Source of the DNA: Oopsacas minuta
Taxonomy: Eukaryota > Animalia > Porifera
Reading direction: 5' to 3'
Assembly (NCBI GenBank): GCA_024704765.1
Contig: JAKMXF010000078.1
Location: 1 to 41,454, forward strand
Length of the DNA: 41,454 nt
The notes beneath the pieces are model-generated. The model did no database searches, was not told the origin of the DNA, and saw only the letters and a program-made list of their open reading frames with translations. The first letter of the stretch is position 1, and each line of letters opens with the position of its first letter. Both the position numbers and the translations under genes were made by a program. Shown here in pieces: positions 10,376 through 21,491 of this stretch.

Positions 10376-13066
10376 TGTCCAATTTTGGATAATCTAAGGA
10401 TAAAAGCGAATTCGAAACATCTTTTTCAGATTCCCCAGAAACCCTTGATCAAGAAAGCACACTTAATGGTGAATTTTCCAAGAAACTGACAGAATAATTT
10501 CCTCTTGTCTCCGAAATCTCACCTGATGTGTTCACTCCTGGAGAATTGAGAGGTATTGCTGAACAAAAGGCGAAAATTCTCAGCGATCAGATGTACTTAT
10601 TGAATATCACATATTTAAGTTGGAAACAGCATCGAAAAGCAAATGAGCCAATACCTGAGCTAATTAGGTTGTCAATTGAGAATATCAAACCAAAAGCCAA
10701 AGAAAACCATAGACTGTTGAGAGGATTTATTCAGAAAAGACTATCCGAGTATATTCTTAAGGTGAGATAAATTTTCATTCAAAGAGCTAGTTTTCTAATC
10801 GAGATCTTAATATTATACTTTACACTTTAGGAAACAGTTAATGCTTACTTACTGAAAAAAGGAGAGAAAATTGTTTTATCAGATGGAATGTTACAAATTG
10901 TTATTGAATGCTACCACGACAAACAAAATCACCCCAAACTTACAGCACTTATTAAATCTATAAAATCTCATTTCCACATTTAGGGTGCAGAAAACGATCG
11001 TTTCAAGAATACCTATTCCGAGTAGAATTGTGAAATCTGCTTATCTAACATTACACTTCCCAAGCGAGGACATTACAAGCACATTAAACATTCTGTATTA
11101 TCGAACGTGTCCAAATTGATCTGACACAAATAGCTTTCGATAACGAAGATATTCTCTCAAGAAATGGCTATAAATGGGTCTTAACTATAATAGATTGTCT
11201 TTCAAAATTTACATGGGCTTACCCACTCAGATCAAAAGAATCAAAACCTATTTGTGATATCCTTTATGAACTGTTTTTCAAAGGAGTCCCAATGCTTCTA
11301 CAAAGTGATAACGGTGGTGAATTTGTCTCCAACCTCATAAAGATTATTATGCCTAAATTTGGTATCCAGCTCATCAATGGTTCGCCATATTCACCTATTA
11401 CTCAAGGACAAGTAGAAAGATTCAATAAATCACTCAAGCACTTACTCAAACAAGAGATTCAAATTGAATTATCTAAAGACAACATAGCAGGGGTAGAAAA
11501 CTGGAATCGTGAAATATTACCTAAATAATGGATGCTACATCCATAAGCAGCATAGGGCATTATCAAGAACTCCATGAGAAGTATATTATGCAAGGCCATC
11601 ACCTCATCCCCTTAAATCTATCATACAGTTCGAACCGTTTACAATGGTTGATGTAGATTCATGCTCTAATCTCAAAACTGAAAGTATTTCATCATTAGAC
11701 GACAATAGTTCAATGGATAACATGCGAATTCATTCGGATAAATGTCAAAGTATAATCATTCAAAATTTAACTCAAACTCGGAAAAATACAAGTTGAAAAC
11801 CATCGAAAATATCTAAACAGCTTACTTTGTATAAAAATTTGAAATTGGAATGACTGCATACATGCACAATCCAAACATTTCGGGAAAGCTGAGAAAACGA
11901 AATCTTCATGAGTCCGTAAATGTAAAAGTGATAATTATAAAAATTAACTCATTCTTCCAATTAATGCTTCATTGAGTACAAGAACTTGAAAAAGGACATC
12001 AAACGTGTGTGGGTAAATAATGATGATCTTGTCAAAATTGGCAATGAAAAAAGATGGAAATTAATGACCTCATTTTTCAAGGTAAAGATAGAATTTCCCC
12101 TTTGTCTGAACAATTTAACCGAATTAAGTACAATAAGTTGTTATTCGAATTCGAACAGATCACTGCAGATAAATGGTGTAACGCTCGAAAAACGTTCCAA
12201 AACCTTAGACTAACGACTTATGAAGATGATCAAAAAAGATTTATTGGCTTAGGCGAGATTAGTGCAACAAATCATGAAAACGGAGAAAGCGAAATGAAAT
12301 TAATCAAGAACCACTTTTTGAAGTTTTTGACGGATTGTTTGTTGAGTTTTGTGCTGATTCACATACTATTAACATATTCACAAACTCCGAATCTACTCTA
12401 CTAAACTGAAATATCTTGCTCATCAAGGGTTCAAAGAATACCTTGGTATTTTAAAACTCTGGTATCGTAAAAGAATACAAGATGAATGTGGAATATATTT
12501 TAGCAAGCTATCACTAACTTTGGATCCTTTGACACTTATCGATGTGAAGAACGCATTCATTCGGGTAATATACTCATGACTGCAGTTTTCGGTTGTTGAA
12601 ATTTCATTACAATCAACAAACTGAAATAAGAAAGAGTGGCCCACTTATCAATGGTAATGATACTCTTTTTCAATTCAAAACCAATGAGCGTTTTACGAAA
12701 CGCAACCATATATTTTCAGATACCGGTAATGAGCTCACCGCAGATTCAACATATGATGATAAAAATGTTGACAATTTACTCACTTCTCAAAATCAGAAAA
12801 TTTGTTTGTTTTAATTCCTTTAAAACTGATACATTCCTCAAGTCCAGATAGTATTCTGAACTAATCTGAAATTCCTTCCATAACCAATACTACGGATGCA
12901 GATTTCATAATACCGCCAGCCAAAAATCCAAAGAAAATTACTAAGCTAACAGGAAAACTTCTATGCGACCAATCAGAAGAAGGCCAAATTTATCAAAGTG
13001 TACAATATATAACCAATAGGACGAGATCTTCGAACTCCAGTAATTACTATTTTTACCAATAGATAA
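10376..13066 (+). pseudogene. Intron-containing Ginger-type (Gypsy-like) DDE integrase/transposase, decayed
   Basis: Acceptor TTTACAG ends at 10375. GT-AG intron 10762-10830 (69 bp). HHCC-like zinc motif (YHDKQNHP...CEIC). Catalytic core RVQIDLT...IIDCLSKFTWAYPL...LLQSDNGGEF-(35 aa)-QGQVERFNKSLK, i.e. D,D(35)E. No gag, RT or LTR nearby. Multiple stops and frameshifts. Confidence 0.85.
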
Positions 13067-15592
13067 CACTGGTCAACTACGAAATTTCTTCTTGAATGAT
13101 TTTGATATTTTCTAGAACAAAAAACTGCGATAATTCTAAATTTGCCTTCAATTTTTCACCTATACGTCAGGATTTTCGTTTTCAATAAATTTGATTTATT
13201 CCATTTCCATAGATATTTGGTGCTAAATTTATCATAATTATTATTTCATGAAAACTATTTAGTACTTTGAGTCTTCTTTCACAAGACTTTTATACTACCT
13301 TGAACTAATATACTATATGCAATGTAACCTCATAGGACCTCATAGGTCGGCACTAACTTTAACTAACTTAATGTATTTATCTACATTCATGTACATTTTA
13401 GATATTTTGTTTCCTATTCTTTCTACAATCAATGCATCGCAAATGTGAAAATAATCCTGACTGTTTTTGTTATATTTGTGGTAGCTACATGTTGGATAGT
13501 ATGTTCAAGAAAATGACCCCGTTTATTATGGAACAATACTATCTGTATTTCGGTTGTAAAGTCGGAGACCAAGACAAAGTATGGGCCCCTCACTATGCTT
13601 GTCATACATGTTGTAATATCTTCGTCAAATGGTCAAAGGGAAATTTATAAGCTATGCCATTGTGTTCAATGGCCTGGAGGGAACAAAGAAACCATTCAGA
13701 TGGCTACTACTTTTGTTCTGTAAAAGTTCAAGGGCATCCTAAAAAGACTAAATCTAGGATAACATACCTAAATTTGCCTTCAGCTTTGCGCCCTGTAGCA
13801 CATGGCTTGGGAATTCTTGTGCCTAAAGCTCTTGTCGCATCTAAAGTCCAGGATTGTGTTGATAGTGAATCTGAAGATCAGTTTGATACATCTTTTGAGA
13901 TGCAAAGTGATACCCCAAAGCTATTTTCACAAGAGGACTTGAATGATTAGTCAGGGATCTTGACCTGTCGAAGGAATCAGCTATACTTTTAGGTTCGAGA
14001 CTTAAAGAAAGAAACTTCTAGAAGCAAGAACTACGTTTTACTGGTATAGGAATATAGAGAGCAGGAATTTGAGCCTTTCTTTCAATGGACAATGACTTAG
14101 TTTATTGCAATAATATTCAAGACTTGATTTTATCCATGGGAATGAACTATGATCCCAATGTAACCTCTGAAAAGTAACTAAGAAGATTCTCTTCGGAGTT
14201 TCGCCAGGAGGAAATGTTGCCTTTGTGACACAGCAGTTAGGGTTACGCGCATTCAGTTACCCTTTGAGCAAATTATGAAACCATGAAGTTATTCCTTGAT
14301 ATACTCAAGTATGAAGAGCATAAGTGGCAAATTTGTGGTGATCTAAAAGTTATTACTCTCCTACCTTTTGGTCAGCAAGGTGGTTATACAAAGAATCCTT
14401 GCTTTCTTTGCTTATGGGATAGCCGAGCGGACTCTCAACATTATTCAAGGCAAGAATGGCCAACAAGAACCGAATATATCCCAGGAAGGGAAAATGTGAG
14501 ATCTATTCCTCTAGTCGATCCCCAGATGGTCATATTACCCCCGCTCCATATCAAACTTGGTCTAATGAAGAGTTTAGTAAGAGCCCTAAATAGGGAAGGT
14601 GCTGCATTTAGGCATCTTTCTATCAAATTTCCAGCTATAAGTGAGGCCAAGTTAAAGCAGGTATTTTTGTGGGACCACAAATGCGTCAATTATTCCGGGA
14701 TCCTCAGTTTGAGGCAGTGCAGAATACCGTAGAAAGAAATGCCTGGACATCTTTCAACAATGTGGTAGAAAACATTTTGGGAAATAAGAAAGCAGAAAAC
14801 TACCAAGAACTTGTTCAAAACAATGCTTGCTAACTATGAATCACTTGGCTATAGAATGAGCATAAAGATTCACTTTCTACATTCGCATTTAAATTATTTT
14901 CCTGAAAATCTCGGTGCCTTAAGTGAGAAACAAGGTGAACGGTTTCATCAGGACATTCGTGAAATGGAGTAAAGATACCAAGGCAAATGGAATACAAGTA
15001 TGATGGGAGGCTATTGCTGAAGTGTAAAAAGGGACTGCGATACAGCTCACAATCGAATGTCAAGAAAACGGCGTTTCATTCCATATGTTCCATGTCAAAG
15101 CTGTTAGGGATTAATAGCTGATCGCTTACAATTTCCAAGTCAAATAGTAATAGTGTTGTTGTTTAAGAGTTCTGATTACAATCATAAATTCAATCATGGG
15201 TATTTTATACTTCATACCAGATTGATATATCAAAGGCATGATATATGTATATGTATCACGGGTCTCTGAAATCGTGACTTGAGTAAAAAAATACGGACTT
15301 CACGAAATTTACAGAATAAAAAACGTACAACGATTAATGGGAACTCGTGTTGTTGTTATATGGGTTCGAAAAATATACTTTTAGATTGTTCTTTGGGTTT
15401 GAAACATCATCGTACGATTTTTTAAATAAATATTTTCCTTGAAGTCAAAGAAATTTGAAAAATTGATTTTCGAAAAATCTGGACGTGTAGATAACAAATG
15501 AATGCCATATTTGAAATCAGCATTAAAAATTGGTCAAGAAAAGTTTAAATACATCGAGGAAGAAATTGGAATTTGAAAAACGTTGCCAAGTA
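13067..15592 (+). mobile_element. Complete Chapaev3 (CMC superfamily) transposon, transposase inactivated
   Basis: Starts CACTGGTCAAC at 13067 and ends GTTGCCAAGTA at 15592, with about 130-bp imperfect TIRs and a TAA duplication on both sides (13064-13066, 15593-15595). Transposase 13432-~15105 has CENNPDCFCYICG, GDQDKVWAPH, WREQRNHSDGYYFC, ICGDLKV, CFLCLWDSRA, PPLHIKLGLMK and QGERFHQDI. Broken by stops and frameshifts. Confidence 0.9.
14159..14247. other. Foreign ~89-bp segment with TGTAACC...GGTTAC termini inside the Chapaev3 transposase
   Basis: Sits between ...MNYDPN and AHSVTL..., where Chapaev3 transposases carry the WRLFIDSS..SLKAVLLHNGN block (family knowledge). That block is absent here. 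Confidence 0.55.
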
Positions 15593-15595
15593 TAA

Positions 15596-15783
15596 TGAAT
15601 GGAGAACTTTGAAATGTAAGATACTCTTAGATTTTCAAAAGCTAATTATTTTTCTTCTGTAGGGATAATTCCTCAGAAATTCATGGTAGATGATTGCATT
15701 CCTGAAGAAAAATATCAATAGTTGCAGATGTAAACTTCCTATTCAGGGCACTTGCTTGGTGGTTATCAGCAAATGAAGATATA
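15596..15783 (+). pseudogene. OTU-domain fragment 1 (catalytic-Cys motif), continuation of the Ginger-type gene
   Basis: Rejoined across the Chapaev3 TSD it reads PIDNEWRTLK. A 47-bp GT-AG intron follows (15616-15662). Then WIIPQKFMVDDCIPEEKYQ, a 1-nt frameshift, and IVADVNFLFRALAWWLSANEDI, a degenerate DGNCLFRAL OTU motif. Confidence 0.75.
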
Positions 15784-17090
15784 CTAGGGTCAATCCAAAA
15801 GTTTTGTCATACACAAAAAGTATTATAACAAATTTAACCAAACTTTCACAGTTTCTCAAAGTAACGACCATAACAATCTATGCAAAGTTACATACGAACT
15901 TTGGTTGACAGCTTTGTTGATACGGTAAAAAGGAGACCGTCCGAGGTTTCCCCGGAGAAGTTTACGGTCTGCTCGGAGAAGTCCTGAGACAAACCTTATT
16001 CCACGGATCTTTTCCTTGATTGTTGGGAACAAGAAAAAGTCGCATGGAGCTAAATCTGGACTGTAAGGTGGATGCGATGCAAACTGGACCGAATTTTCAG
16101 CCAGGAAGTCCAATGTTTTGGCTGCTGTGTGTGCAGATACATTATCGTGGTGAAGGAGAAGTCCTCTGATACCGGTCTTAGGGTGACGAGAACACCAAGC
16201 TTCGAAATCCTTGAGCAGGAAATTGTTAATGTGCTAATCAGCATTGACAGTACGACGATCCTCGAGAGGAATTATTGCTACTGGGCTAGTCTTACAGAAA
16301 AAAGCAGCCACTATCTTCTTCCCAACGCTGCGAGCTCGGCGAACTTTAACAGGGGGATCTTCGCCAGGACACACACAGATTGAAGATCGCCGCTTTGTTT
16401 CCGGATCGTGCTGATAGATCCATGTCTCATCGCATGTTAGTATGTCGTAAACTCGTTTAGACTCTCCTCCTTTAAATTTCTTAAGCATAAACTTGCACCA
16501 TTCTACCCTTGCCTCTAATCGCATTTCAGAGAGATTATGAGGGATCCATCAGGCCGCAAGCCTTCTGACACCAAGATAATCATGCAGAATAGTATTGATG
16601 GCGGCTTTCCCGATCTTTAGGGTCTCAGCAAACTGCGCATAGTTAATGCGGCTATCCTCTCTCATTAATGTCTCGTCAGCAGCAATAGTCTCTGGAGTGA
16701 CGGCGGTTGAAGGTTGCCCAGACCTAGCCTCATCTTGTAGTGACGTTCTCTCCCTCCTGAAATCTAGATACCAACGCTCCACTGTACGCTTAGATGGAGC
16801 TTGATCTTGGAAAGCTTCCACCAAGTTATCATGACACTGCTCCACTGATATCTTACGCATAAAGTCATAAAACATCATGGCTCTAAAATCCCTTCATTCC
16901 AGTTCCATTCAGTAATAATAAATCTGTATATAGGCTTATGGATATAATAGCGTTACTCAGGAAATAAGTGTTGAATATTACTTAAATTAATAGTAGAATC
17001 ATTATATATATCTAAGTATATAGTGTTGTATATATTTGATTGAAGACAAAACAGAACCTTTGTACGACAAAACTTTTGGACTGACCCTCG
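15784..17090 (-). mobile_element. Full-length mariner (DD34D), transposase pseudogenised
   Basis: TIRs CTAGGGTCAATCCAAAAGTTTTGTC (15784) and the reverse complement of GACAAAACTTTTGGACTGACCCTCG (to 17090), with TA on both sides. ORFs 16878-16549, 16524-16234 and 16113-15856 give RSGQP, ILTCDETW and HDNVSAH...YSPDLAPCD, with 34 residues between the last two Asp. Confidence 0.93.
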
Positions 17091-17265
17091 TACATGATAG
17101 AATTCGCAAGGAAGTATTAGCCTTTATGAGTACATCTTCCCTATGTGGTAAATATGTTGAGATAAAACATGAACAAAAGATAAGTGAATATTTTCTAAGA
17201 CGAACATGCCAGCAACAACAGTTTGGGCTAGTGAAGTTGAATTATTTTCTTCTGCAATATGATTA
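17091..17265 (+). pseudogene. OTU-domain fragment 2
   Basis: In frame with fragment 1 after removing the mariner and one TA: ...SANEDI|HDRIRKEVLAFMSTSSLCGKYVEIKHEQKISEYFL, a frameshift, then RTNMPATTVWASEVELFSSAI*L. This fits the OTU 'H..R...+..M...Y...M....WA.E.E+.+.A..L' pattern. Cut by a Mariner-A end at 17266. Confidence 0.75.
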
Positions 17266-17401
17266 CTAGGGCGTCCAATAAGTCTTGCGCGTGATATTAT
17301 AGAATGTGATACAAACACTATACACACTAATTCACTATATTATTTATTCAAAGTAATCCCCTCCTGCAGATACACAAAGTTTTAACCTTCCACCCACATG
17401 T
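17266..17401 (-). mobile_element. Mariner-A right end in reverse orientation
   Basis: TA (17264-17265) + CTAGGGCGTCCAATAAGTCTTGCGCG; reverse complement of 9292-9427 with about one difference. Ends at the N at 17402. Confidence 0.85.
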
Positions 17402-17402
17402 N

Positions 17403-18060
17403 ATTATGCCACAACCCTAATGAATTTATTTTCTCGACTATATACTTGTAATTCGGGAAATGTTCCTTCAATATTATTTCATTATTGCCTACTGTAGTTA
17501 TTAAGGAGCCATAGGAATATAATTCTGATATAGATTAAAGAATATATATTTCACCATATTTCTAACTATATGTTTACCCATTTTATAATTAGTGTTTCCT
17601 TATGCAAGTAAGAAAGTTTGTTTGGCAAAAGATCTGTCAACTATGAGCAACTTTTTTTGTAAAGTCTCAACTTCTTTCTAATTCACAATTACCAAATATT
17701 GACTCAACAGATGTAGTTCCACATTCAGCAATTCTCATTGCATACATAATATTTGTATGAGGAACACAATTATTTTGGAATACCTTAGACTGCTTGTGAA
17801 GATTGGTTAAATTGGTCATGGAGATTAAGCCTGACATATAAATCGCATAAATTGCATACATCACTATAGAATATTTGTTGATATTTGGTTAAAACACTAC
17901 ATATTTAGAAATACTGGCTGTTATTGTATAATTACAATTTGTCAAAATAATGGAATAAACTAAAATGATCAAGTAAAAGTGCATAATCCAATATCTGAAT
18001 AATTTGACGGTTGGGTAGGCAGCATGCTCCGCTCCACCATATTTTCTAGATCCGTCCCTG
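17403..18060 (+). mobile_element. Right part of a non-autonomous hAT element (left part at 32007-32253)
   Basis: Ends TAGATCCGTCCCTG (reverse complement CAGGGACGGATCTA), followed by CCTTTAGT. 17403-17538 is identical to 32118-32253. Confidence 0.8.
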
Positions 18061-19190
18061 CCTTTAGTTCCATTCAGAAGATCATGGGTGGCTTGAAAAT
18101 CACCCACATCCTTGGGATAGTGAGGTTACTCCCATCGAGTTCTATTCTTTTGCATTTGGTGTTAGGTGAAGTAGGCTAACTACACCTCAGTGACAGGCTC
18201 TACTATCAATACTTGGCTGATATGTATGCTAAACTAGAGCAATTGAGACTAAATCCTGTTAATTTTGATCATAAGATTAGAGTTGATCTATTCGGTGGAC
18301 TTAAGCATGCAGTCTCTGCTAGATATATTAATATTGAAGAATTTGGTAGAAAAGTAATATACCTTCTTCCTTCACAGCTAGTCCTAGGTAGAAGTATAAT
18401 TGTATGAAGACAGCATGTCCATAGTCAGGCACTTCGGTAAGCCTCATTTATTCATTACATTTACTTATAACCAAGATTGGAATGAGATAACAGCTGCTCT
18501 TATGCTAAATAAAAAGTGACTGATCGCACAGATTTGATAGTTTGGGTATTTATATGAGATTTCATGTCTTCCTAAATAATATCTGCGTGAAACATTTACT
18601 ACTGAGGTCTAAAACAATTGTATACACTATTGAAGTTCAAAACATGTCCTACCTCATGCACTTACCTTCGTGATTTTAACAGAACAAGATAAACCCAGAG
18701 ATATTGATTTAGATAAAATTGTATGTGCAGAAAATCATACCCTAAAAAGTCACTTGGATTATATAATATCGTGAACCTTTGTAAGATGCATGCATAGTCC
18801 ATGCGGAGTATTATGGAAACACGCTCCATGCATGAGCGATAGTAAATGCAGTAAACAATCCCAGAAGGAATTTGCCGAATTTACTACTCCTGGTAATGAT
18901 AGCTACCCAGTATTTAAACGTAGTAATGCAATAGTATGGTTAAAGTATGTGGTCTTGAACTAGAAAACCTATGTGTAATTTCATATACTCTGACTAATCA
19001 TCTGAAGTACAATGCTCATATTAATGTTGAGATATGTACTACAGTTAGTGCAGAACGTATGATAGGCCTATGGTAGAATTACATGCAGGAGAGATTACTG
19101 AAGTAGTAAGAAGGAAGTAGGCAAGATTACAAATTACCTAGCAACTAAATACGTATCTGCCACCGAAGCTTGCTACCGGTTCATTAGGTT
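18061..19190 (+). pseudogene. Helitron Rep (HUH endonuclease) domain, decayed
   Basis: Piecing frames gives EDHGWLEN..., VTPIEFYS, YLADMYAKLEQLRLN, IRVDLFGGLKHAV, SMSIVRHFGKPHLFITFT.N.DWNEI, VYTIEVQ...LPHA, HSPCG...PCMSDSKCSK, KYNAHINVEIC and YVSATEACYRF, all Helitron Rep motifs. No helicase seen. Right boundary approximate. Confidence 0.85.
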
Positions 19191-19591
19191 TATATAAAAT
19201 CTATTATTTGAGGACAGGAGCAGATACTGCTTTATCTTATATTTAAATCTTGTTGTGCTTCTTTGATACTAGATAAACATTTGGGGGAATTTGTTCAAAA
19301 TGTAAGCCGAGAGGCGGCTTTTGTCATTAAGTTATGGTATTTTCTACCAATAATAACGTCCTTAAATTCTGCAGGAAATTAATCACTAAATTGAATATCT
19401 CTTTTTAACACACTTTTCTAATTCTACCAAAATTTCCACATAATCAAGTGACAAGATAGTCACTATAAGTATTATCTCTACTGGTCATACCACGAGTCTC
19501 AAACTCGTCAATAAGTAATAAACTAATGGAATCACTCAAGATAACACTACGCAAAAACACAATTGTTTTCCAAACATCCGGTAAACTTATG

Positions 19592-19779
19592 TAGGGGTTC
19601 TTTTAGGGGTGCCTCCCCTCAAAATGGAAATTTTTATCTTTAATTTTGAAGAGGTCCTCTCTATTTGGGGGTGTTCCCCCGACAAATTTTATAGTGATCT
19701 ATAATCCTGAGGCCTCTCAAGTTTCAGGGTGCCCCCTCCCCAAATTCAATATTGTGATTTATTGTTCAGTTTGGTGTTT
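19592..19779 (+). repeat. Dispersed GGGTGCCC-TCCCC sub-unit repeat (copy 2), possibly a hAT subterminal array
   Basis: Same blocks as 9705-9873 in a different order; begins TAGGGGTTCTTTTAGGGG. Confidence 0.65.
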
Positions 19780-19895
19780 TAACCATTATTTTAAATATGG
19801 AGAGTTTTCCCTATAAACTATATATGTGCAACTCACTTTCTAGTTATCAAAATTTCAACCACCAGATGTTGTCTATATATATATAGTGAGAAATA

Positions 19896-21237
19896 CAGTC
19901 TGTTAAATCTTTATTTAGAATTGTTACTTAAGCCGAAAATTATTAGAGTCACAGTATGCATTGCCATATATGTCCCAAATTGAGAGTGAAGTAATAGATC
20001 TTAATAATTAATAGGATACCCGTTGCCCTCTACTAGTAGCTGGCATCTTCTGGGCATTGATTTCCAGTAAGGTTTGAGAAAGTCTGGTTGAATACAATTC
20101 CAGACCGCTTCTTAATTGAGTTACAGGTCTGGAATTGTCCTTGGGCCTAGCTTAAGTATCTCTCGCTTCACCCATGCGAATAAATTTTCAATGGGGTTAA
20201 GATCTGAACTTTGTGAAGGCCATAAAATCTGATTTGGTACATTTGTGCCAACCAGGTGCAGGGCTTTTGTGAGGTGTTTTAGATCACTATCCATCACCAA
20301 TCGCCAGTGACATTCATGATGTACCTATGCCTGAGTTATCAAATATCCTTCCATTATATCTAAAAACATTTCATTGTTCATATTGTTAGTGGAAAAGCAC
20401 AATGGGAATGTACCTATAGATGAGAATGAAGCCCACACTTGTATCTTTGGGACTGCTTCGTTGTACGGGCGATCCTTTTTTTGTTGGATTTTGTCCACAT
20501 CCTTAATCTTACCTTTGAGAGCCAGATTGACATCTCGTCAAGAAATATTATTTGGGCCCATTGTTTCTTCAGGTATTTGTACTTTTTTGCCCATTCTATC
20601 CTGTACAATCGATTTTTTCTCTAAGCGTAGGGATCTGGACAGGGTGAGGTTTGTTTTAAGATTGGTCCTTCAACACTCTCCGGACAGTCTGATAGGAAGC
20701 CTTATTACCTGTTCGACTTGCTAATGTTCGCTAAGAGAGGTATGGTTTACATCGTACCTGGTGAAGAATAGACACTTTGATGGAAGATCGTAAGCTATTG
20801 GGTCTCCCTGCGCCCTTTGGGTGAGACAGCGGTACACATTCATCTAATTGGCGTTTAACATTGTAAACTGTAGGTAAGGAAATTCTACAATTAACAGAGA
20901 TTTCCTTGGGGAAAAGCTTTCTGGATTGTAGAAGTGTCTTTACAATTTCCCTCTTCTCGTATTGAGTCATTTTCAGAGCTAATTGTCAAGTAGGGAAATA
21001 TTTAAGGTAAATAATAGTAATGGACGTCAAAATGAATTTTTAAATGACGAAATAATTAATATTAAAGAGTAAAATTTCCCAAAAAAATAAGATAACGACT
21101 TGGTTCAGGGAATTTTAGCAAAATATATCATTAAGCCATTATGGAAAGCGAAACACAAGTAGTTTGAGTGAAGTAAGACAAAGTTTTGAGCTTTTGTAAC
21201 AAAACATCTCCATTCAAAATAATTATGTAACAGACTG
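19896..21237 (-). mobile_element. Full-length Tc1-like element, transposase pseudogenised
   Basis: TA-CAGTCTGTTA...TAACAGACTG-TA, with about 28-bp imperfect TIRs. ORF 20970-20731 has HTH and GAGRP; 20608-20414 has IIFLDEMSIW; [14 protein letters not shown] follows at about 20230-20190. Confidence 0.88.
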
Positions 21238-21491
21238 TATGTACAGTGTATTTATGAAACTCTAAATAGCATAGTAATTGAAAATGTTGTGAATGTGTTC
21301 AACAAAACTTTGAATTGTATTTAACAAAGGAAAGTCTTAGCAGTTACTAAAACAATTGCTTCATAATGGTAGCAGTCATTATGGAGGTAGATATTAAGAG
21401 AGCTTGAAACGTTCTTTCCCCTCTTAGGACTGCAACCTATGTGAGAAAGTTTCAGCCGTTCTCTATCCTTGAAGACAAAAATATGTTTCTA

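Noticed and set aside
10376-13066. LTR retrotransposon (Gypsy pol) or a domesticated KRBA2/GIN1-like host gene
   Set aside because: No RT, RNase H, protease, gag or LTRs flank it, it has spliceosomal introns, and it is riddled with stops. A DNA-type Ginger relic fits better.
17403-17538. 136-bp exact direct repeat with 32118-32253 as a real duplication
   Set aside because: Both copies abut N junctions and the flanking TIR, TSD and Helitron frame show a single locus; it is an assembly overlap.
17889-18107. 72-aa minus-strand ORF
   Set aside because: It is a chimera crossing the hAT TIR at 18060 into antisense Helitron sequence.
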